15,321 nucleotides of DNA from Myxococcales bacterium (GTDB taxonomy: Bacteria; Myxococcota; Myxococcia; Myxococcales; Anaeromyxobacteraceae). The position numbers were made by a program, and so were the translations under genes. This document shows positions 1 to 6,042 of this stretch, in pieces. Position 1 is the first letter of the stretch; every line of letters begins with the position of its first letter. The notes below the pieces were generated by a model. It saw only the letters and a list, made by a program, of their open reading frames with translations. It was not told the DNA's origin and did no database searches. The stretch covers positions 1-15,321 of the forward strand of contig JBBQEB010000091.1 in NCBI GenBank assembly GCA_038320275.1, in the 5' to 3' direction.

Positions 1-2
1 CT

Positions 3-165
3 AGCCCGACCCCGACCCCGACGCAGAGCGCGACCGCGAGCGCGAACCCGTCCCCGACCTCGAACGCGACCCCGACCCCGACCTCGAACGCGACCTCGAA
101 CGCGACCCCGACCCCGACCTCGACCCCGACCTCGACGCCGACCTCGACCCCGACCTCGACCCCAA
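3..165 (+). repeat. Imperfect hexanucleotide tandem repeat (CCGACC/TCGACC/TCGAACGCGACC) encoding a PT/ST low-complexity linker
   Basis: Directly visible repeat; reads TPTPTSNATSNATPTPTSTPTSTP in the open frame. Confidence 0.9.
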
Positions 166-1523
166 ACGATCTCCGGAGCCGGAGGACGAGCCACGCCACA
201 CCCGCCGAGACCGACCCCCGGCTCAGCCCTCGCGCGCTCGCGGCCGAGGGCGCTCGCGACGCCGCCCGGGCGTGGCGCGACCGGTTCGAGGCCGACCCCA
301 CCGATGCGGAGGCGTTCGATCGCCTGGCGGGGCTCGCCGCCGCGCGCGGTGACGACGGCACCTGGCTCACCCTCGCCGCCCGCCACGAAGAGGCGCTGGG
401 CGACCGCGACCCGGCTCGCCGGCTCGCGTTGAGCCGCCAGCGTGCCGGGTTCCAGCGGGCGGGCGTGGCCGAGGACGACGGTGCGCGCGACGACCCCTCG
501 CTCGCCGACCGGCTGCTGCACGCGCGCGCCGAGCCCTGGAACGGCTCCGCGCTCCGCGCCATGGCAGGCGCCGCCTCCTCCGCTGCCGCCTCGATGCCGG
601 GCGCCCGCGCCGAGCACCTGCGCGTCCTCGCGCGCACCGCGCTCGGGATCGCGGCCTTCGCCGGCGGAGCGCGCTCCGGGGACCCTGCCGTTCACGCCGC
701 TGTGCGGCTCGTCCCAGGTGCCCGCGAGGCCGCCGCGGGGCCGCTCGCGCGCACCTCCGTCGCTCGCACCCTGGCGCTGCTCGGCCCCTGGCTGGAGCCG
801 CTCTTCCCGGCAGCGACGGCGGCTCGCAAGCTGGCGCCGGGCGATCGTATCGGCCCGCTGCGCGCGCCCGACCTCCACGAAGTCCTGGAGGACGCCCGCA
901 AGGCGATCGGCTCGCGACCCTCGGTGGCCTTCCTCTCCGACGGGTCCGGCTGCGACGTCGCGGTCGAGTGCACCACGCCCCCCACCCTCGTGCTGGGCGG
1001 GGGACTCTCCGGGCCCATCGCGCCCGCCGAGCGACGCTTCCTCCTGGCGCGCGCCGTCGCCCTGGCGGACAGCGGCTGGGCGCTGGTGGCGCGGCTCACC
1101 GCGCCAGAGCTCGCTTCCCTGTGCGCCCTCGCGGTGCGCTTCGCGGCCGGCGAGGCGCAGGCCGCCCGCGCTGGCCGGCTCGACCCGCCGGGACAGCGCG
1201 AGAGGCTGACCGCCCTCGCCACCTCCGTTCCGGCCGCCGTGCAGGCCCGCGCCCACGAGCTCGGCCCCGCCGCCCTGGACGAGTTGCCGGGACTGTCGCC
1301 GGGTGCCCTGGCGGTCTCGGCGCGCCAGACCGCCGCTCGCCTCGCCTTCCTCCACGTCGGAGACGCCTGCGCTTCGCTCTCCGGACTGGTGCTCGGCGAC
1401 CGGCGGCTGCAGGACGCCTCCCGGGAGGAGGCGCTGCGCAGCCCGGACCTGCGCGACCTCGCAGGGTGGGCCCTCTCGGACGCCGCCGCCGAGCTGCGTG
1501 CGGCTTGCGAGGCTGCGCGGTGA
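3..1523 (+). CDS. 5'-truncated large helical-repeat (TPR-like) protein with Pro/Thr/Ser linker and C-terminal degenerate M48-peptidase-like domain
   Basis: The frame of ORF 429..1523 is open back to base 3 (SPTPTPTQSATASANPSPTS...AWRDRFEADPTDAEAFDRLAGLAAARGD...). 'EADPTDAEAFDRL' is TPR-like. 'ERRFLLARAVA' and 'TAARLAFLHVGD' resemble M48-type segments but lack HExxH. The stop TGA overlaps the next GTG. Confidence 0.7.
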   Translation, partial: SPTPTPTQSATASANPSPTSNATPTPTSNATSNATPTPTSTPTSTPTSTPTSTPNDLRSRRTSHATPAETDPRLSPRALAAEGARDAARAWRDRFEADPTDAEAFDRLAGLAAARGDDGTWLTLAARHEEALGDRDPARRLALSRQRAGFQRAGVAEDDGARDDPSLADRLLHARAEPWNGSALRAMAGAASSAAASMPGARAEHLRVLARTALGIAAFAGGARSGDPAVHAAVRLVPGAREAAAGPLARTSVARTLALLGPWLEPLFPAATAARKLAPGDRIGPLRAPDLHEVLEDARKAIGSRPSVAFLSDGSGCDVAVECTTPPTLVLGGGLSGPIAPAERRFLLARAVALADSGWALVARLTAPELASLCALAVRFAAGEAQAARAGRLDPPGQRERLTALATSVPAAVQARAHELGPAALDELPGLSPGALAVSARQTAARLAFLHVGDACASLSGLVLGDRRLQDASREEALRSPDLRDLAGWALSDAAAELRAACEAAR

Positions 1524-2062
1524 GCTTCGCCCGGCCGGCCGCGCTCGCGGCTGCGCTCCTCTCCCTCGCCTGCCAGACCCGGGCTCCCGCGAGCTGCCCC
1601 GGAACGCCGCTCGCGACGTTCCGCTTCCTCGCGGTTCCGCTCGCCCCGGCCGTCGCAGGCGACTGCCCGGCGGGCGCGAGCGACCCGATCAGCTTCACCG
1701 CGACGCTCTCGACGGAGTCGGGCGGGGGCGCCCTCCTGTGCGTGCAGCGGCCGGAGGCCAGCCCGCTCCGGGGATCGCTGGTGGGGCAGGCCTTGAGCGT
1801 GGTGGGGCCGCCCGTCGCCGCGCCCGGAGGGCTCTCCGGCTGCTCCTGTCCGGTGCAGGTGACCGAGACTGTGGAGGGCGACCTCGTCGCCGGCGGCGAG
1901 GGCGACGGCAGCGACGCGGGCATGGTGGGCTTCCAGGGCGAGCTTCGAAACGCGCTCGCGGCGGCCTCCACGGGCGGGTCCTGCGCCGCGGACGGCGGAG
2001 CGGGCGGCGGGCCGTGCGCCCTGCCCTGCTTGTCGCGGTGGGCGCTCACCGGCACCCGGTGA
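1520..2062 (+). CDS. Putative Cys-rich lipoprotein (180 aa)
   Basis: GTG start in a GTGA overlap with the upstream stop. N-terminus MSFARPAALAAALLSLAC has a lipobox-like SLAC. Many further Cys follow (CPG, DCP, LCV, CSC, SCA, CALPC). Confidence 0.75.
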   Translation: MSFARPAALAAALLSLACQTRAPASCPGTPLATFRFLAVPLAPAVAGDCPAGASDPISFTATLSTESGGGALLCVQRPEASPLRGSLVGQALSVVGPPVAAPGGLSGCSCPVQVTETVEGDLVAGGEGDGSDAGMVGFQGELRNALAAASTGGSCAADGGAGGGPCALPCLSRWALTGTR

Positions 2063-2176
2063 CCGCCGCGTCCAGCGACGGGAGCTCTCCGGCCGCGCGC
2101 TGAAAATGGGGAGGGCGGCACGAGACCCGCGGACCATAGGCCCGGCAGCGCGTGGAGCGAGGGCCGACATACGTTG

Positions 2177-2182
2177 TATAAC
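2177..2182 (+). promoter_or_regulatory. Putative -10 box (TATAAC) of the TA operon, possibly leaderless
   Basis: AT-rich patch in very GC-rich DNA with a 5/6 match to TATAAT. It ends 6 nt before ATG 2189 and no SD is visible. Confidence 0.5.
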
Positions 2183-2188
2183 TGTTTC

Positions 2189-2443
2189 ATGGCTACCAAG
2201 GACGTCATCATCCCCGTCCGTGTCACCAGGGCCGACCGGGCCCTCCTGAAGCACATGGCGCCAGGCGGGTCGGTGTCCGCCTGGCTGCGCGAGCTGGCGC
2301 TCGCCGAGGCCCGCAAGCGCCGGGCCGTCGTCGAGCTGGCGCGGCTGCTCGACGCGGGCAAGGCCGACGCCGACATGACCGACGAAGAGGCCACCGAGCT
2401 CGCCGCCGAGGCGAAGCGCGAGGTGCGGAGCCGCCGCCGGTGA
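2189..2443 (+). CDS. Putative antitoxin, ribbon-helix-helix-like (84 aa)
   Basis: MATKDVIIPVRVTRADRALLKHMA...SVSAWLRELA fits a strand-helix-helix pattern, followed by an acidic helix MTDEEATELAAEAKREVR. GTGA overlap with the PIN gene. Confidence 0.75.
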   Translation: MATKDVIIPVRVTRADRALLKHMAPGGSVSAWLRELALAEARKRRAVVELARLLDAGKADADMTDEEATELAAEAKREVRSRRR

Positions 2444-2877
2444 CCCGCGCCGTCATCGACACGAACGTGGTGGTGAGCGGCATCCTGAACCGGGGTGGAA
2501 TCCCGGCCGCCGTTCTCAGGGGGGGCGGACTTCGCTACGAGCTGGTCTGGACGCCGGCCATCGCCATCGAGTGTCGCCGCATCCTCGATCTTCCTCGCAT
2601 CCAGAAGCGGCTCGAGGGGCGCGAGGCGCAGGCTCGCCAGGTGCTCGCCAGGCTCGCGACCCTCGCCACCATGATCCCGGCCGAGCTGCTCGGCCAGGTG
2701 CGCGTCGTCGAGGAGGACCCCGATGACGACGTGCTCTTCGCAACGGCGCTCGCCGGCGGCGCCCGAACCATCGTCAGCGGCGATGCGGCGGTGCTCGCGG
2801 TCGGCGCCTTCGCGGGCGTCCTGGTGGTCAGCGCTGCCGAGCTCCTGGCGACGCTGGGCGAGCCTCGACCGAGATGA
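2440..2877 (+). CDS. PIN-domain putative toxin (PIN_3 / VapC-like ribonuclease)
   Basis: RAVIDTNVVVSG N-terminus, conserved E (IAIECRR), DPDDDVLFATALAGGARTIVSGD motif. Confidence 0.9.
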   Translation: MTRAVIDTNVVVSGILNRGGIPAAVLRGGGLRYELVWTPAIAIECRRILDLPRIQKRLEGREAQARQVLARLATLATMIPAELLGQVRVVEEDPDDDVLFATALAGGARTIVSGDAAVLAVGAFAGVLVVSAAELLATLGEPRPR

Positions 2878-2993
2878 GCGAGGTGCGGTGATGAATCCCG
2901 TGATCTCGGAAACCGGGTCGGGGAGCTGCGCGGCGCCCCGGGCGCGCGCGACCTGCATGGCTCGTTCGGGAACTTCGAGTTAAGAAGCGGCCG

Positions 2994-3788
2994 GTGCCCT
3001 CGAAGAGCCCGCCGCGCGCCGTCGTCCTCCTCTCCGGAGGGCTCGACTCCGCCACCTGCCTCGCGGTGGCCCGCCGCGATGGCTTCGAGGCTCACGCACT
3101 TTCAGTGGACTACGGGCAGCGCCACCGCACCGAGCTCGCCCGGGCGCGGGACGTCGCGCGGGCGCTGGGCGCCGCCTCGCACGCGGTGGTCCGGGTCGAT
3201 CTGGCGGCCTTCGGCGGCTCTGCGCTCACCGACAGCGGAATCGCCGTGCCCAAGGGCCGCTCCGCTCCCGCCATGGCCGCGGAGATCCCGGTCACCTACG
3301 TCCCGGCCCGCAACACGGTGCTCCTCGCGCTCGCGCTCGCCCGCGCGGAGACGCTCTCCGCCGAGGACGTCTTCGTGGGCGTGAACGCGGTCGATTACTC
3401 CGGCTATCCCGATTGCCGCCCGGCTTTCATCCGCGCGTTCGAGCGGCTGGCCCGCGTGGCCACCAAGGCCGGCGTGGAGGGCCGGCCCCTGCGGATCCAG
3501 GCGCCCCTGCAGCGGCTCTCCAAGCGGCGGATCATCGAGCTCGGGACCGCCCTCGGCGTCCCCTACCGGCTCACCCTCTCCTGCTACGATCCGGTCCGGG
3601 GCCGCGCCTGCGGGAGCTGCGACGCCTGCGAGCTGCGCCGGAGAGGCTTCGCCGAGGCCAAGATCCCCGATCCCACCCTTTACGCATCTCCAACCCCGAA
3701 GCCGGAGGACAGCAAAGCATGCCCGCCTACAACCGGAAGTACCCCGGCAAGACGTCCCAGGAGATCTTCGTCGAAGTCGACAAGATGA
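2994..3788 (+). CDS. queC: 7-cyano-7-deazaguanine (preQ0) synthase
   Basis: [12 protein letters not shown]-loop, [22 protein letters not shown], and Zn-binding SCYDP...CGSCDAC. Confidence 0.96.
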   Translation: MPSKSPPRAVVLLSGGLDSATCLAVARRDGFEAHALSVDYGQRHRTELARARDVARALGAASHAVVRVDLAAFGGSALTDSGIAVPKGRSAPAMAAEIPVTYVPARNTVLLALALARAETLSAEDVFVGVNAVDYSGYPDCRPAFIRAFERLARVATKAGVEGRPLRIQAPLQRLSKRRIIELGTALGVPYRLTLSCYDPVRGRACGSCDACELRRRGFAEAKIPDPTLYASPTPKPEDSKACPPTTGSTPARRPRRSSSKSTR

Positions 3789-4000
3789 TGGAGCACTTCG
3801 CCCAGAAGCACGGCCTCAAGTACCAGAAGGACGCCGGCGCCAAGACCGGCAAGGTCTCGAAGATGGGCGTGACGGGCAGCTACGTGGCGAAGGAGGGCGA
3901 GGTCGCCATCGACCTGCACTTCCCCATGCTCATCCCCGGCTCGGTCAAGAAGACCGTGACGGAGTCGATCGAGAAGCGGCTCGACGGCCTGTTCGCGTGA
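3719..4000 (+). CDS. Small protein (93 aa), probably polyhydroxyalkanoic acid system (PHA_gran_rgn-like) family
   Basis: GGAGG SD upstream of ATG 3719 and strong GC3 codon bias. Sequence [11 protein letters not shown]...[44 protein letters not shown] matches that family's size and pattern (recalled, not searched). Confidence 0.65.
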   Translation: MPAYNRKYPGKTSQEIFVEVDKMMEHFAQKHGLKYQKDAGAKTGKVSKMGVTGSYVAKEGEVAIDLHFPMLIPGSVKKTVTESIEKRLDGLFA

Positions 4001-4114
4001 TCCGCCCAGCTCACGCAGCCAGGTCCGCCTTCCGCTGGGGAGAACTGGGCCACCAAGGCCCGCGCGGCTCACCACACCGGGGTAGAACAAGGTGCCGTTC
4101 CGCCGCTCAGCCGT

Positions 4115-5254
4115 CTATTCGTCGATGATGTCAATGACTTCCTTCGCGACGTAGAGGCGGGGCCTCGATCTCGGCACCTCGACGATAACCCCCTCGGCTT
4201 CCAAGCGGTCGAGGATATTCTGCACCCCCGGAACGGTGATGCCGATCTTCCGCGCCGCGGTCGGAGCCGTGGTCGTCGGCGACGACATGAGCTCATCAAG
4301 AAGCGCGAACGTGTTGCCGCTCGCACCCGCCGCCTGCAGCTTCTTGCGATACGCTTCCCTCATGCCGAGCAGCCGCCGGGAGCGAGCCACACCGTCGTTC
4401 GCCTGCTCAGCGACGCCTCGCAGGAAGAACATTATCCACGCGTCCCAAGCGGCTTCCTGGCTGACCTTCAACAACAGGTCCGTATACGTCGCCTTGTCGC
4501 GATCTAAGTACGCCGACAGGTACAGCAGGGGCAGCGGTAGCAACCGCTCCGAGCACAGCAATAACGTGATCAGGAGACGTCCGAGGCGGCCGTTACCATC
4601 CAGGAACGGGTGAATCGTCTCGAACTGATAATGGATCAGTGCAAGCCTGATTAGAGCAGGGAGCGGTCGACTGTTGTCGTGAAGGTAGAGTTCCAGCGCG
4701 TCAAGCGCCTCCTTCATCTGCAGATACGGGGGGGGGACGAAGCGCGCTGTGTGGATGTCCGCGCCGATCCAGTTCGATTGCTGGCGAAACTCACCCGGCG
4801 CCTTCTCCTCGCCGCGCACGCCGCGCAGCAGGACTGCGTGGACTTCACGCATCAGCCGCTTCGACACGGGTAGCCGGTTGAGGAGGTCAAGCCCGTGCTC
4901 GATCGCGCGAACGTAGTTCGCGACCTCCTGGACGTCGGCGGTTCCTGCAGGCGGTACGGTGCCGGAGGCCTCGAACGCAAGCAAGTCCTTGTACGATGAC
5001 TGCGTTCCTTCGATGCGGCTCGACAGCACGGCTTCACGCCGCATGAACGGCATGATGAGGAGGTGCGGGTTCGGGAGCTGCCCTGCGACACCGCTGAGTT
5101 CAGCAAGCGCGCGATCAGCTCCCGACAGCGCGGTGGTGAGTTCCCAGCTCGGTTTCAAGTCGGGCGGAAGTGGAGCAGGCACGAACGCCCACGCTCCTTC
5201 AGGGGAGCGAACGAGCTTCCCCGGAACGTACTCCTTGAAATCCTTGGGATTCAC
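4115..5254 (-). CDS. Fic family protein (class II: N-terminal inhibitory helix, Fic core, C-terminal winged HTH)
   Basis: Canonical HPFLDGNGRLGR at 4577-4612, inhibitory SSRIEG at 5006-5023, FVPAPLPP N-terminus and HTH-like TAPTAARKIGITVPGVQNILDRLEAEGVI. Confidence 0.95.
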   Translation of the reverse strand: MNPKDFKEYVPGKLVRSPEGAWAFVPAPLPPDLKPSWELTTALSGADRALAELSGVAGQLPNPHLLIMPFMRREAVLSSRIEGTQSSYKDLLAFEASGTVPPAGTADVQEVANYVRAIEHGLDLLNRLPVSKRLMREVHAVLLRGVRGEEKAPGEFRQQSNWIGADIHTARFVPPPYLQMKEALDALELYLHDNSRPLPALIRLALIHYQFETIHPFLDGNGRLGRLLITLLLCSERLLPLPLLYLSAYLDRDKATYTDLLLKVSQEAAWDAWIMFFLRGVAEQANDGVARSRRLLGMREAYRKKLQAAGASGNTFALLDELMSSPTTTAPTAARKIGITVPGVQNILDRLEAEGVIVEVPRSRPRLYVAKEVIDIIDE

Positions 5255-5293
5255 GCCTCACCCCCGGAACGAAACCCGAGTTTAGTTTCCACC

Positions 5294-5319
5294 TTCAGGA
5301 CGAAACTTTTCGTCCTGAA
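5294..5319. promoter_or_regulatory. Perfect 12-bp inverted repeat (TTCAGGACGAAA-CT-TTTCGTCCTGAA), candidate operator of fic
   Basis: Arms at 5294-5305 and 5308-5319, in an AT-rich zone 40 bp upstream of the fic start. Confidence 0.6.
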
Positions 5320-5667
5320 AGTTTAGAATAACCCATGTGGGTATCAAGCCGATCGGCCCCTCGGCCACTCGCTCCTCACCGCGTGTGTTCGCCACACGCG
5401 CGTCCGCCGGGGGTCACCCTACCCCTCCCCCTGTGCCGGGCGGCGCCCCCCCGGCATCCGGCAGCAGGCGGGCTCCGACATCTCCCAGTCACTAGCGGGA
5501 CCAAGGCGGCGCGCAGCCGCGCCCGACGGCGCTGGTACTCGACATGTTCTCGGCGTCCACGTCGGCCATGTCGATCGCGGCGGCGATCACGCGCCCTCTC
5601 GTCGGAACCACGTCATCCGACCGCGAGTCCGTGCGCAACGACGAGTGACTCGTCCCTTCGCGGGCCC

Positions 5668-5862
5668 TTAGTGATGCGCGTCGGCGACAACCGCCTGAAT
5701 CGGAGGATGCCGCTCACGGGGCTTCTTCAGCTGCTGCGCGAGATCCGCGCCGAGCCGGTCCTTCAGGTTCTCCAGCTGGCCGACAAGGCTCTTCACCGCG
5801 GCCGCCTTCTCGTCCGGGTCCGGAAAGTCTTTCGCGAGAGCATGACCCTGATGGCCGGGCAC
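5668..5862 (-). pseudogene. Possible gene remnant or small helical protein
   Basis: DFPDPDEKAAAVKSLVGQLENLKDRLGADLAQQLKK reads as amphipathic helix with G/C-ending codons. No convincing start or SD. Confidence 0.3.
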
Positions 5863-6042
5863 CCGCTGCTGGCCTATGCCGCAGGCGAGTACTGGTCCAG
5901 ACGAGACTCGTCTGCCCCTCTGGTCCCTCCGCCGAGAACTTACCCATCTTTACCCTTGCGTACTGGCACTGACCGGGTGACGTTGGCACACACCGCAAGC
6001 AAAGATCGCGCACACTGCATCGCCTGAAGGAGCACCACGGAC

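Noticed and set aside
1..201. 66-aa Ser/Gly/Arg ORF on the minus strand; CRISPR-like appearance of the repeat
   Set aside because: It is the antisense reading of the hexamer repeat, and there are no unique spacers.
692..2958. Long antisense or alternative ORFs (692..2254, 1096..2958; likewise 9590..11824, 11701..13383, 12240..13868)
   Set aside because: Expected stop-poor shadow frames in very GC-rich DNA, overlapping well-supported genes.
2878..2993. preQ1 riboswitch upstream of queC
   Set aside because: No short stem with an A-rich 3' tail or other recognisable preQ1 consensus.
2994..3788. queC as part of a defence or DNA-modification system (Dpd, QatABCD, CBASS type IV)
   Set aside because: The sequence is a canonical housekeeping QueC with host-like codons, and no dpdA/TGT, TatD, ATPase or cyclase gene is nearby.
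5963..6000. Sigma54 promoter from TGGCAC motifs upstream of the GH16 gene (also TGGCTC..TTGCA near 14141)
   Set aside because: The required GG-N10-GC spacing is not met.
5335..6027. 230-aa plus-strand ORF
   Set aside because: Arg/Pro/Ser-rich with no motif and no codon bias; likely spurious.
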